DNA from: Naegleria gruberi
Lineage: Eukaryota
Length of the DNA stretch: 64,000 nt
Strand: one strand, 5' to 3'
NCBI GenBank assembly: GCA_000004985.1
Contig: GG738914.1
Made by a program: the position numbers and the translations under genes. How positions within the stretch are numbered: the first letter of the stretch is position 1; each line of letters opens with the position of its first letter. The notes beneath the pieces were generated by a model. That model was not told the origin of the DNA and searched no databases. It saw only the letters and a program-made list of their open reading frames with translations. Of this stretch, positions 21,879 through 33,470 are shown piece by piece.

Positions 21879-23033
21879 ATGTCACTGATCACACCATCGA
21901 CCAATCCAACTCGGAATGCAATATTTTCTGATGATACTTGCCATGAAATTCTCTCCTTCATTGATTGGAAATTCATATCCACTTGCTCACTCATTTCCAA
22001 ACAATGGAATAGTATCGTATTAAATTATTCGAAATTGGCCATCAATTTTCAGAAAAGAAGTGAATTTTCAGGCTTTATCAAAAGTAAATTTTTACACTGT
22101 GCCACAACCATCGAACTAGCTAATAACGTGTTAGCTAAAAATCAGATTCACACCTTGCTAGAATTGAAAAATGTGAAAAAACTGTTCATTCCACAAAATT
22201 CACTTTGTTTGGAGGGAGCAACGATAATTGGTGAAATGAAGCAATTGACTGCTTTGGATATTTCATCAAATAGGATTGGAGATGGAGGTGCAATGTTAAT
22301 TGGTGGACTGAAGAATTTGATTACATTGCAAATTTATGAGAATCATTTAGGTCCTAATGGTGCCAAGTCAATTAGTGAATTGAAACAATTGACTATACTT
22401 GATATTTCTCATAATAGAATTAGAGATGAAGGGGTCAAATCAATTAGTGAGAAGATGGATCAATTGACTAATCTTGATATTAGTTTTGTTGGAATTAGTG
22501 AGAAGGGTCTTGTTCCTTTAGTTGAAATGAAAAATCTCAAAATTTTGGCATTTTACGATTGCCAACTTTCTACAAAGCAAGCAGAAACTATCAGCAAAAT
22601 GAAACAAATAACTGAGCTTGATATTTCGTATAATCTAACAAATAATGAAATATTGAAATCAATTGGTGAGATGAAGCAGCTTATCAAACTGTATCTTGTC
22701 AAGAATGGAATTACCTCTCACCAAGTAGAAATTATTAGTCAATTGAAACAATTGACAGTTCTTAATATTTCAGAAAATGAAATTAGAAATGAAGGAGTTG
22801 TATATATAAGTGGATTGAAACAATTGACAGAACTTGATATTTCAAATAATGGAATTGGATATGAAGGAGTTTTATCAATTTGTAAAATGACTCAATTGAC
22901 CAAACTCTCAATTTATAATAATCCAATTCCTGAAGAAGCACTTAGAATACTTGATGGAATGAAACAATTTAGACAATTAGTGACGGGAATATCTGCCTCT
23001 TACTATTTGAGCAGTATAGTTTCGATAAGGTAA
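21879..23033 (+). CDS. F-box / RNI-type leucine-rich-repeat protein, a paralog of the 5676..6752 gene
   Basis: The F-box-like motif (CHEILSFIDWKFISTCSLISKQWNSIV) and the repeats LTxLDISxNxIGDEGxKSIxELKQLT are nearly identical in form to the gene at 5676. Confidence 0.75.
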   Translation: MSLITPSTNPTRNAIFSDDTCHEILSFIDWKFISTCSLISKQWNSIVLNYSKLAINFQKRSEFSGFIKSKFLHCATTIELANNVLAKNQIHTLLELKNVKKLFIPQNSLCLEGATIIGEMKQLTALDISSNRIGDGGAMLIGGLKNLITLQIYENHLGPNGAKSISELKQLTILDISHNRIRDEGVKSISEKMDQLTNLDISFVGISEKGLVPLVEMKNLKILAFYDCQLSTKQAETISKMKQITELDISYNLTNNEILKSIGEMKQLIKLYLVKNGITSHQVEIISQLKQLTVLNISENEIRNEGVVYISGLKQLTELDISNNGIGYEGVLSICKMTQLTKLSIYNNPIPEEALRILDGMKQFRQLVTGISASYYLSSIVSIR

Positions 23034-23220
23034 CATACATAATTTTTATGTATTTTGATTATGTATTTTTTGCAATAAAGTTTAAAATCTTGAAATGTTC
23101 AGAATATGTAAAACAATCATCCAGGTTCAACTCTAATACCACATCTATTTAGAAAATTATTTTTTCTATTCTGCGAAAATTTTTTGAAATTGTTTATTTT
23201 AACAGAGCTGTTCAACCAAT

Positions 23221-24354
23221 TTAGAAACACTTTCTATGAATAAAACCAGGACCAGCATCATCATATTCTTCTTTCGATATCCACATCTGCTGAAAGGTTG
23301 CAAGGCTCGCAAGGATACTGCCTCCAATCCACACTGAATACTTTCTTTCAGGTGGAGCAACAACCTTAACCTTCATTGAGGCTGGAGCCATGGCTGTCAA
23401 TTCCTTGGTCATTCTGTCAGCAATACCTTCGAACATGGTAGTACCACCAGACAAGACCACATTACCGTACAAATCCTTTCTAATGTCAATGTCACATTTA
23501 CCAATTGAGTTGAAGGCTGTTTCATGAACACCTGCAGCTTCCATACCAATGAAATTAGGTTGGAATAAAACTTCTGGACATCTGAATCTTTCATTACCAA
23601 CAGTGATAACATTTCCATCTGGCAATTCATATGACTTTTCAACTGAGGATGATTCAGCAGCAACTTTCATTTCAGATTCGAAATCCAAAGCAACATAACA
23701 GAGCTTTTCCTTGATATCTCTGACAATTTCTCTTTCAGCAGTAGTGTTGAATGAGTAACCTCTTTCCATCAAAATCTTCATCAAGTATTCAGTCAAGTCA
23801 CGACCAGCCAAATCCAATCTCAAAATGGCATGTGGCAAGGAATAACCTTCATAAATTGGAACAGTGTGTGAAACACCATCACCAGAGTCCAAAACAATAC
23901 CAGTAGTTCTACCAGAAGCATACAAGGACAAGACAGCTTGAATGGAAACATACATGGCTGGAACTGTGAAGGTTTCAAACATGATTTGAGTCATCTTTTC
24001 TCTGTTGGCCTTTGGATTCAAAGGAGCTTCAGTCAACAAGACTGGATGTTCCTCAGGAGCAACTTTCAATTCATTGTAGAAAGTATGATGCCAAATCTTT
24101 TCCATATCATCCCAATTAGTTACAATACCGTGTTCAATTGGATACTTCAGAGTCAAGATACCTCTCTTAGATTGAGCTTCATCACCAACATAGGCATCCT
24201 TATTACCCATTCCAACCATGATTGATTTTTGCTTTGGTCTACCAATAATTGAGGGAAAGACAGCTCTTGGAGCATCATCACCAGCAAAACCAGCTTTACA
24301 CATACCAGAACCATTGTCAACAACTAGAGCTTGAACATCTTCACAGAATGACAT
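23221..24354 (-). CDS. actin (moderately divergent isoform)
   Basis: This is a 377-aa single exon. The actin signature is conserved throughout ([24 protein letters not shown] ... [17 protein letters not shown]), with scattered substitutions relative to canonical actins. Confidence 0.95.
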
Positions 24355-24560
24355 TTTTAATTTGTTTTTTTTGAAGTTTGAAATTCGAGTTTTTTCATTC
24401 AGGTGTTAATACAGATGGTGGATGGATAAATGTCACAACATTTCAATGTGAAGTTGACCGTTGTTCAATACATCAGACCTTGTCGTCAAGTCAATGAAAA
24501 CTGAACTTGTAAATTTGGCTAGTTCCTAAATTTAGAAAAATAGATTTAGTATTTGAAATG

Positions 24561-27500
24561 TTAGACGGTCATCAGTTCTACATCTTGTGGTTTTGATTTT
24601 TCAAATGTTCGTTTCTTCCTTCTTAAACATCTGACAATTAAAATTGAAATAATAACAATCATGATTCCACAACAGCAGACAACTAATAATCCAAATAATC
24701 CAAACAGACCATACAATGCCAGATTTGAACTCGTTCTTGGTGAAATACTTGTTTCATGTTCTAGTTGTGTTATGGTTGAGTTGGAAATTGTCTTTTCAAC
24801 AACTATGAGTGAAGTGACAGATTTCGAACAATTACAGTAAATTACTGGTGCTGATATTGTCGTGGAACAAGTGTGATTGGACGTAAGAGAGATGATATTG
24901 TCAATTAGAACACATTCAATAGTTGAAAAGACACTTGTTCTTTGTTCAATATTGTCGCTTGTACTTTCAAAAGTATTTTTCACATTGATATTTGAAAAGT
25001 TATACTCATTTCCAAGATTGAATGAGAATGTAATATCTGCAGTAAACTTCTTTTCAACAGAAACAATCTTACTGAGTGACTTGAAAGTTGTTTTAGTCTC
25101 AATTTCTTCCAAATCTGAAATTTTGATTGTTTGAACATTTGATACTTGTTTCAAAGAATAATAAACTCCCAAATGGTCAGTAACTGAGAAGAATGATGCT
25201 TCCAAAACAAGTCTATTAGAAACACTTGTATCAATAGCATCAAATACAAGTGAGCTATTTCCACCATCAGATGTCATTAATTTCTTCACTTGTTGATTCT
25301 TATAACTCAACAGAGAAACAGTTGAATAATGAGAAAGGTTTACACTATAATCTTTCTGACCTACGTAATAACTTCTCATCAACACATTGCTGAATATCTT
25401 AATTGAATCTAACACTCTATACGTGTCTTGCAGTTTACTGTCACCAGTTAATCTAATAATATTGTTAAATAAGCTGCTACATAACTTTTCTACACCCTCA
25501 GCAACTCTGAATTTCGTGTTTTTGGCAGCCATTACCATCAATTTTTCAGTCAAGTTGAATAACTTTTCGAATGGAAGTGAATTAATTGAATCACAATTTG
25601 AAGCCAAAGATTCCAACCCAAAAGAATAAACTCTAAAGTGAATGTCTGAAATCAATTCTAGAGGATTTCTCTGATTTAATCCAAGTATCATACTGTCAAG
25701 CATTTCATCTCTCAATTCATAAGCAATACCCGCTTCGTTTTCAGCCAATTTTCTTGATGTTATCAAATTGGAAATCATTAACTCTGATGTTCTTGAAATA
25801 GTTGCAGAATTGAAAACCAACTTGGCACTATCACTTGGCAGAAGAGATGCAGCCTTTAATTGCCAAACTTTCACTTTGTTTTTGATTTGTAACATTGAAG
25901 AGGCAGTGGGTGTTTTAACTTCCACTGATTTGATAAACTCAACTGATGCACCAGTATCCAAATCAACAATATCCACAAATGTATCCATAACATTTGAACT
26001 AAATGGAGAAGGAAGATAGGAAGCAAACTTCTCACCCAAATTGTAAAGTGGAATTTTAGTTCCTGACTTGTCATCAATGAACCCAAATACAAAATCAATT
26101 GATTGTTCAGCATTTTGGCATCCAGGACATGAGAACGAGAATTCAGTTTCCAATGCATAACCATATGATGGATTAATATAACACAAACATGATTTTGGTG
26201 ATTTGACAATTTTGAATTTGTACGAGAATCTTGATGAAAGATTATTTCTCCTGTCTGAAACTTGGAATTCAATTTCATACTCTCCATCTTCCAGTAACTC
26301 AAGAAGCGACAGAATTAATGATGAAGATTTAGATGGTTGAGTAGACATTTTAGAGATCATTGAATTAGTCAATGAATTACCATTAATTGACCACTCTCTG
26401 ATCATATCCTCTTCATCAGTTTGTTTTTCATCTCCTCCCAAAATAACTGATAATTGTAAACTCAATACTTCATCTTTGAGAACTTTGAATCTGTTTGGAT
26501 AAACAGAAATTAAACTTATCACTGGTGGAATTAACAATTCAGTGTTTGGATAATCAATGTCAAGAGATTTAGAAATGGAACGTAGTCCTTTCTGAATGCT
26601 CAATGTCAGAGAAACTTTTGAAAGACTTCCTTTAGGAATTTGACATGTCGATGATTTGGTAATGGCATAATGTGTTAAAATATTGGAAATTGTTGAATCT
26701 TGACATGCTTGATTTGAAACTCTATCAAAACATGACCAATTCCATGAATCTGAAACTGAATCTATATTATCAGGATCTGAATTCTCAACTATCACATCAG
26801 CTTGATTGGTATTCAAACTAGAAACATAAATATTTAGTAATAAATCTCTTGATTTGCTTGAAAGTGGAATTAAAAGTGTTGCGTTCGAATTTGGATTGAA
26901 TTTTGAAATTGCTTTTACACCAAATGAATAAGATTCATCCCCATTTGATAATATTTCTGTAATAACCAAATCATTATTTGAATCTATTTGATAATTAATA
27001 GTGGATGGACCTGAGAGTTTCTCCCAAATATAGTCAAATTCCCTGTTATCAAAATAACATGAAGGTAATTCAATAGATTTCTTAACAATTATTGGGAGCG
27101 AACCCTTTTCAATATTGGTGAGTGACATTTTGTTTGTAAGCAATGAAAGAGTAGGATTTGGAACAATTGATTTGATAATTTCAATAAATTTCTTTTCACT
27201 CCTTGCGCCACTGAGAGAACTTTCAGCAATCAAGCCAAAGACATAGCTTCCTGAAATCGAAATACTATTTGAGGTCAAAGTTGAATTGAAATCACCAAAA
27301 GAAACCTGTTGCAAGTTGAAATTTGAATCAGGAGATGATTCAATAGACCAAATAAATTTCACAGGTTTCAAATCACCACAATATGATCCAGAAGCATCAA
27401 TTGCAATTTGTTCACATGGACTAATTGTATTCTTAAATGAAATATTGATTATTGGTTTCACAGGGTTGTTGGAGGGAAGCAGTAACAGTGAGATATATCT

Positions 27501-30500
27501 TGGAATTGGGGTGTAAATAATGTCCAAACCATTAATAATTAAAGAAATATTAGAATATGGAATTATAGAATATTGACCTCCAAGTTCAATAAAGAAATTT
27601 CCGTCTTTCCAATAACAAGATGGATTTTTACCCAATTGAGAAAAACTTTTCTCATTCACTACCTTGCTACACTCTAAAACTCCATTGGATATGACAATAG
27701 AAGTGTTAAAATGAAATTCCAAAGTATTCCCCAAAGAGTTGAATTTTGGTTGAGATGAAACAGATAAAAAACATCTACTTCCAAAATAACCAGACTCACA
27801 TTGACAATAATCTTCACTCAAACAAGAGCCATGTCCGGAACAAACGATAGCATTGGATTGCAATATGCCAAAACAAGAAACTTTCTTATTTTCACAACTT
27901 ACCCCTTCATAAAGAGAATTACACTGACACGAATCATTTGAAAAACAATTTCCATGTCCACTACAAACTCTGGAATCATTTGCTTCATGCCCAAAACAAA
28001 AACTGATTGGTGGAGATGTGGAAATAGTACTAGTTGAGTTAGTTGTACTAGTAGTGCTATTATTTACATTACTACTCGTGGAATTATTAATTGTACTGTT
28101 GACCGAACTAGTCGAGTTTTTGTTTAAAGTTGAATTGTTAGAAATTGTACTATTGAAAACTGTTGAATTAGCAATAGTGTTATTATTATTGTAAACAGTT
28201 GAATTAGTTGACATTGTATTGTTAAGATTTGTACCATTAACATTTGAATTTGTGACATTATTAATAGTGTTATTCCAAACAGTAGTTGAATTACTTGCAT
28301 CCACAGTAGTATTAGAAATGCTTGTTGAATTATTATCAATGCCTGTTGTGGCATTATTATATGAATTATTAAAATTAGTTGTATTTGTAAATGTAGAATT
28401 GTCAACCGATCTATTGTTACTAACTGTTCCATTGCTACTACCAATAGTATTATTACAATAAACACCAATGGTACAATTGGAAGTTGAATTAAATGCTGTG
28501 TTATTGCTTAAATTGGTAAAGTTAGAAGAATTGTCAACATTTGTGGTATTACTTAATATGGAACTATTTTGGTTTGTTGAATTATTCAAATCTAGTGATG
28601 AATTATTGAAAATTGTTAAATTGCTATTGGTAGAATTATCAAAACTGGTGTAATTATTGGCTGATGAATTATTAGAAATTGATGTATCGTTACCAAAATT
28701 TGAAACATTCAAATTTTGATTATTACCTGCTGTTTCATTACAATTCACACCAAAGTAATTTTGATTGCAATCACATAAATCCTTGCCAACACATGTTCCA
28801 TTTCCATTACAAACATTAGCGTCAGTAGAAGGGAAATCAAAACAGCTAATCACACTGCAATCTTCACCATAGTGATTATCTTTACATTTACAACTATTAA
28901 AATCAACACATTCTCCGTGTCCATTACAAACATTAGACTGATTTGACATTATTCCAAAACAAGTAGTAAGAGAGCAATCTTCAGCATAATAATTATCATA
29001 ACATTCACAAAAATCATTCAATGTACAATCACCTCTACCAGAGCATGAAGCATCATTATTGTAAAAAATACCAAAACATGTAAAATTTTGTAAACAATAC
29101 CCATATCTGTCTCTTTCACACACAACATTGTAAATATAAATACCATTAGAATTTGAAAAAAGTATATCTTCATCCTTAGTAAAACTGGAAGTTCCAATAG
29201 AAAAGGATTTTAAATTTGAATTTGTAAAATACTTGTCCTCGCTTGGCGAATACCAAAAATATGGTACAACCTCACCGTAATAACTCCCACCAACAAAGTC
29301 TGAAAGATGAGAGTTTGATGAAGTAGTAAAAGCAGTTTCACTGTCAACAGTTCCATTTCCAATGACGTCAATAACAAAGCCATCTGCACGAACTGCCTTC
29401 TTAATTAAATTTCGGTTAGACAGTTTTACAAAGTAAATATCTCCATTTGAATCAATTGTCCAACCATTAGTACTGATAGGATGATTTTCTATTGGAATTT
29501 TCTTTGCCTTACCTGCAATTAGAGTTGTGTTTGTTTTGTAAACTCCTTGATTACTTGATATTATTAACGTTCCATTTCGTAAGGTTATTGATAATGGCTT
29601 AAACGGCATTTCATAGATTGGTTTGAATATATTTGAAGAACTGACTTGTAAAATACCATATGCTGTACTAACACCTCCCTTTCTTTCAAAGGCTACTAAT
29701 ATTTCATTATTTTCAGTGCATAAAATAGCTTGCACCAAGAATGTATATGTAAAGGTCCCAGGAGGGGGTATTAATGATAAACTTATGCTAGTTGTTAGCC
29801 TGGTGACTAGATTATATTTTGTAAGTCTGTAGGAATCCTTAACTGAATATGCTATTGTGGTGTCATCACTCATCATACATAGATACATGGTTCCACTCTC
29901 TGTCAATACTTTCAAGTTACTATCTGTTTGTGGGTCGTAATCAAATATGGAATAACCACTAGAGTAATAAATATGACCAGTGGATTTTCTGAAAGTGATA
30001 TCATCTATAGTGTTTGTTGTATTTAAAACTTTTCTAACAAATGTTGAATTAACATATTCAAGTAAATAGTTTTTGTAAACAAAAAAAAGGTTGTTTGAGA
30101 TTGGATGAAATCCCATAGGTTGATCTTCTAATCCAGTGACAATATCGTCTGCAGGCGCAGGAAAATCAGTAAAATCAGGGCTATCTTCTTTTTTTCCAAC
30201 GAGTGGTCTAACCTTGTTTTGATTGTCAATATAAGAAATCAAATATTTGGTTCTTAATATCAAATTTCCATTTTTAGGATTTGATGTGATTTGATGTAAT
30301 GAGTCGAATTCAACATTCATTGCATCTGAATTCAAACCAGAAAGACTCATTCCTTGACTATACCCAACACCCAGGACACATTTAATTGTCAGATCAGATA
30401 AACTAACTTGTATAATTCTAAACTTATTGTCACTGTAATAGATAGAGTTGTTCAAATACTGAATATACATTAAATTGATAATAGAGATATCCAATGAAGA

Positions 30501-31973
30501 TTGCCCATCATATTGATAGCCATTTGTTCCTGAAATATTGCCCGCAATTAGTTTTAAAGATTTTGTGTAAATATTAAACTTGTTAATAAAGCAATTAGCA
30601 TTACCATTAGCGTCTGCTACAGAATTAACAATATATAAATCCTCCCATGTTTTTTTATCAGTAACTACTTCAGAAATTGGCATTTCAAAAGTTATTAAGG
30701 GATTCAAAAGTCCAGTCCTTTCAGACAATCTGAATATTGATTTTTTATCAGTTGAAAATAGGATAATGTCTCCATTTCTATATGTTTTGATTGGTTTCAG
30801 TCCTAATACAAACTGAAAACCGTATGAGTAAGTCGAATACGAAAAATCAATTGCTAATTTTCCAACAATAGTTTTGATTTTTGAATCCTGATTGGCCTTT
30901 ACAATATTCCCACTGAATGAAATGTAATAAGTAAAGTAATTCTCCTTTGGAACGATTTTCATTCCCTTAATAGAAGGTAATGAAACATTTTGCAAAGTTT
31001 GGTCAGTTCTTGTAAAATCGAGAGACTCTCCAACTCCAAACAATAACACAATTCTTCCATCTTTTGAAATCTTTCTAATAATGGTATCATCACTGAAATA
31101 AATTTCACTATCAATAACAGCCATCAACTTGGGAGAATTAAGACATGCGTTTGTGGCAAACCCGTCATAAGTTACGTTAAACGTGCAACTGTCTTTCAAA
31201 CCAGATACCTTGTAAAATCTACCATTCTCAATCTTCATAATTACATATATATTATTAATAGAAATAGTAAAATAAACGGTACCATTGCTTGCAAGAATGG
31301 AAGTTGGTGTCTTAATGTCGGTTGAACTCGCAATGGATCCATCAACAGGTATGGTCGTTGATACAGCATTAGATCCTGCAATTGTAACAATACTTCCTGT
31401 TGTATTCAGCTTTCTAATCTTGTTGACTTCAATAGTGTACACGTTACCCATTTCATCGTAGGTAAAGCTAACTACTGAGAATTGAAAAGAAGCAACTGTT
31501 CTCACTCTATTATCAACCTTGGAAATTACTCTCAATTTAAACGAGGAATCAACATAGGTACATTCTCCTGTTAAGGATGTTGTAAGATACTTGACCGTGG
31601 CCGAAACTTGTGTAGTATCAACTCCATCACTTGATGATGTTCCCTTACCCAAGTAAATACTCACAGTCTTATTTGCCTCGAAATATCTTCTTAAAATTGT
31701 TCCATCACGGAAAACAACGTCTCCACCCTCCATAATACATATTTCGGTGGGTGTTATTGATACCAAGTTATAAGGAAGTGGTGAGGCTGTTTTAAAATCA
31801 ACAGGATTTACAATTGCTTTCTTCGTAGACAAGTAATTCGGAATAGCCTCAACCATACAAGTCTGAAGAAGAAGAATACAACAACAACACAAACTTGCAG
31901 CCACCGCAACAAGAAGCGCCTTAAAAAACAATGGTGATGGCGCACAAAGGGAAGGAGCCTTAATCATCATCAT
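24561..31973 (-). CDS. giant type-I surface protein (2470 aa): signal peptide, beta-rich N-terminal region, tenascin-type EGF repeats, an Asn/Ser/Thr-rich sequon tract, a second EGF cluster, a long beta-rich stalk, and a C-terminal TM with a short basic tail
   Basis: The ORF begins MMMIKAPSLC with a hydrophobic leader. Two EGF clusters share the Cx3GxCx5CxCxxxYxGxxC module. The C-terminus reads LFGLLVVCCCGIMIVIISILIVRCLRRKKR. Confidence 0.75.
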   Translation of the reverse strand: MMMIKAPSLCAPSPLFFKALLVAVAASLCCCCILLLQTCMVEAIPNYLSTKKAIVNPVDFKTASPLPYNLVSITPTEICIMEGGDVVFRDGTILRRYFEANKTVSIYLGKGTSSSDGVDTTQVSATVKYLTTSLTGECTYVDSSFKLRVISKVDNRVRTVASFQFSVVSFTYDEMGNVYTIEVNKIRKLNTTGSIVTIAGSNAVSTTIPVDGSIASSTDIKTPTSILASNGTVYFTISINNIYVIMKIENGRFYKVSGLKDSCTFNVTYDGFATNACLNSPKLMAVIDSEIYFSDDTIIRKISKDGRIVLLFGVGESLDFTRTDQTLQNVSLPSIKGMKIVPKENYFTYYISFSGNIVKANQDSKIKTIVGKLAIDFSYSTYSYGFQFVLGLKPIKTYRNGDIILFSTDKKSIFRLSERTGLLNPLITFEMPISEVVTDKKTWEDLYIVNSVADANGNANCFINKFNIYTKSLKLIAGNISGTNGYQYDGQSSLDISIINLMYIQYLNNSIYYSDNKFRIIQVSLSDLTIKCVLGVGYSQGMSLSGLNSDAMNVEFDSLHQITSNPKNGNLILRTKYLISYIDNQNKVRPLVGKKEDSPDFTDFPAPADDIVTGLEDQPMGFHPISNNLFFVYKNYLLEYVNSTFVRKVLNTTNTIDDITFRKSTGHIYYSSGYSIFDYDPQTDSNLKVLTESGTMYLCMMSDDTTIAYSVKDSYRLTKYNLVTRLTTSISLSLIPPPGTFTYTFLVQAILCTENNEILVAFERKGGVSTAYGILQVSSSNIFKPIYEMPFKPLSITLRNGTLIISSNQGVYKTNTTLIAGKAKKIPIENHPISTNGWTIDSNGDIYFVKLSNRNLIKKAVRADGFVIDVIGNGTVDSETAFTTSSNSHLSDFVGGSYYGEVVPYFWYSPSEDKYFTNSNLKSFSIGTSSFTKDEDILFSNSNGIYIYNVVCERDRYGYCLQNFTCFGIFYNNDASCSGRGDCTLNDFCECYDNYYAEDCSLTTCFGIMSNQSNVCNGHGECVDFNSCKCKDNHYGEDCSVISCFDFPSTDANVCNGNGTCVGKDLCDCNQNYFGVNCNETAGNNQNLNVSNFGNDTSISNNSSANNYTSFDNSTNSNLTIFNNSSLDLNNSTNQNSSILSNTTNVDNSSNFTNLSNNTAFNSTSNCTIGVYCNNTIGSSNGTVSNNRSVDNSTFTNTTNFNNSYNNATTGIDNNSTSISNTTVDASNSTTVWNNTINNVTNSNVNGTNLNNTMSTNSTVYNNNNTIANSTVFNSTISNNSTLNKNSTSSVNSTINNSTSSNVNNSTTSTTNSTSTISTSPPISFCFGHEANDSRVCSGHGNCFSNDSCQCNSLYEGVSCENKKVSCFGILQSNAIVCSGHGSCLSEDYCQCESGYFGSRCFLSVSSQPKFNSLGNTLEFHFNTSIVISNGVLECSKVVNEKSFSQLGKNPSCYWKDGNFFIELGGQYSIIPYSNISLIINGLDIIYTPIPRYISLLLLPSNNPVKPIINISFKNTISPCEQIAIDASGSYCGDLKPVKFIWSIESSPDSNFNLQQVSFGDFNSTLTSNSISISGSYVFGLIAESSLSGARSEKKFIEIIKSIVPNPTLSLLTNKMSLTNIEKGSLPIIVKKSIELPSCYFDNREFDYIWEKLSGPSTINYQIDSNNDLVITEILSNGDESYSFGVKAISKFNPNSNATLLIPLSSKSRDLLLNIYVSSLNTNQADVIVENSDPDNIDSVSDSWNWSCFDRVSNQACQDSTISNILTHYAITKSSTCQIPKGSLSKVSLTLSIQKGLRSISKSLDIDYPNTELLIPPVISLISVYPNRFKVLKDEVLSLQLSVILGGDEKQTDEEDMIREWSINGNSLTNSMISKMSTQPSKSSSLILSLLELLEDGEYEIEFQVSDRRNNLSSRFSYKFKIVKSPKSCLCYINPSYGYALETEFSFSCPGCQNAEQSIDFVFGFIDDKSGTKIPLYNLGEKFASYLPSPFSSNVMDTFVDIVDLDTGASVEFIKSVEVKTPTASSMLQIKNKVKVWQLKAASLLPSDSAKLVFNSATISRTSELMISNLITSRKLAENEAGIAYELRDEMLDSMILGLNQRNPLELISDIHFRVYSFGLESLASNCDSINSLPFEKLFNLTEKLMVMAAKNTKFRVAEGVEKLCSSLFNNIIRLTGDSKLQDTYRVLDSIKIFSNVLMRSYYVGQKDYSVNLSHYSTVSLLSYKNQQVKKLMTSDGGNSSLVFDAIDTSVSNRLVLEASFFSVTDHLGVYYSLKQVSNVQTIKISDLEEIETKTTFKSLSKIVSVEKKFTADITFSFNLGNEYNFSNINVKNTFESTSDNIEQRTSVFSTIECVLIDNIISLTSNHTCSTTISAPVIYCNCSKSVTSLIVVEKTISNSTITQLEHETSISPRTSSNLALYGLFGLFGLLVVCCCGIMIVIISILIVRCLRRKKRTFEKSKPQDVELMTV
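27990..28720 (-). repeat. low-complexity Asn/Ser/Thr-rich coding tract (dense N-x-S/T sequons) within the 2470-aa gene
   Basis: The translation here is dominated by NxS/NxT tripeptides (NSTNSNLTIFNNSSLDLNNSTNQNSS...). This tract also generates spurious ORFs on both strands in the track. Confidence 0.6.
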
Positions 31974-32262
31974 GTGCCGGTATTATTTTTAAGAGTTAGT
32001 CAAAAAGTTAGTTCGTACTTTTTTATGAAGAGATGAAGAGAGAGTGCTTATGGAAAGTTCCCATCTGAGTTTGGGGAATTTTCCATAAGCGGTTTTAGTT
32101 ACCTTAATAATCATTGTTTAATATTACAAATTTAATAATTTATTAATTAAAGTGTTTGAAAATCAGGATAATTTAAGAAAATATTGGAAAGAAGCAAGAA
32201 TTTGATGGTAAGAATTTGTTTTTTTATGGAGATTTTACAAATGTTGTAAAGATTAAATTAGT

Positions 32263-32826
32263 TTAGGCGCATATCTTTCGTCTAGCGATAATCTTTGGTG
32301 GTTCTTTCATTTCAAATTGTCCATATCTAAGAGTCTCGATCACATCACTATTTTCCATGTAAAAGTAACTGTATAGGCCTTGTTTCGAATGGAAACTAGT
32401 CCACTGTTCTAAACTTTCTAAAGAGTTTGTTCGATTCTTGTTGGCACCTCCCACTTGTTCACATGCACTTGTGGAGTTTTGATTGTTGTTTAGACATGAT
32501 TGTTCTTTCTTGTCAAGTTTAATCTTTTTCTGTTTGACATGGCTCAGAAAGAGGTGTTTTCTATTCGAAACTACCTTCTTTACACCACCAAATGATGCAG
32601 TATTATCTTGTGATGAAGATGAAATGAGTGGTGAATGTGGTGATTGTTTCTTTGAATTTCGCCAATTAGGTTCCAACAGATTAGTTTCCTTTCTATCAGA
32701 AGGCGAAGATGGTGTCTTGGTTCTATTCGATTGTTCTGCAAGAGGAGTAACCACAGCAATCGTTGTAGTCGAAGGTATGGACGCACGGTTATTCTCACCT
32801 TTGATAAATCGAGAGAAACGTCTCAT
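32263..32826 (-). CDS. hypothetical Ser-rich basic protein
   Basis: The frame is open from the ATG at 32826. There are no recognisable motifs, and the track ORF starts at a TTG. Confidence 0.3.
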   Translation of the reverse strand: MRRFSRFIKGENNRASIPSTTTIAVVTPLAEQSNRTKTPSSPSDRKETNLLEPNWRNSKKQSPHSPLISSSSQDNTASFGGVKKVVSNRKHLFLSHVKQKKIKLDKKEQSCLNNNQNSTSACEQVGGANKNRTNSLESLEQWTSFHSKQGLYSYFYMENSDVIETLRYGQFEMKEPPKIIARRKICA

Positions 32827-33470
32827 GGTCAATTGTGTTAGTTTTTTTGTTAGAAGCTGAGAAGAGAAAGTATATTTGCGTGCAACCTTTTAAACGATAT
32901 CTAATTAGCCCAACCAATCATGCTTTGTTTCAGTTTATATGAAATTCTGCTTGTTTGACGGATTTGTTTAAGGATTGTAAACGTCAAATCGGTTAAATAC
33001 GAAATCCTACGAAAGAAGAAAGTGCACTGTTGAGCTTTTTGCGAAAGACAATGAATTGTTGTAAAGAAAAATCAATTTTGGTTGAGTTTGTTTTGAAAAG
33101 GTTTTGGTTATGGTTTCATGCATGAGAATTGTGAAGATCAGAAAGGTTTCTAAAATGGAAATTGGATAGAGTAGTTTTACATTGTGGAAATCAGTTCTAC
33201 TAGCAAATGAATACTTGAAAAAAAATTAAATGATTTTCACAAAAAGGATATCTCTGCATTTTCATGTGAAAGTGTTTCGAATATTTTCAGTAGATGCAGA
33301 TCTTGAGGATGCAAACTACAGTTCATTACACAATTCATTGTAATCATGGAAGGTTAATAAAATAGAAACACTACAATAAGAGAATGCAATTTCCCTAATA
33401 ATGAAATAACAAGAAAATTTATTTACACACACGATTGTCTACGCTTTTATTCACACCAAAATATCTTGAT

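Noticed and set aside
28124-28653. Several 60-114-aa ORFs on both strands inside the giant minus-strand gene
   Set aside because: They are artifacts of the AAT/AGT-rich low-complexity sequon tract, and the long minus-strand frame explains this region.
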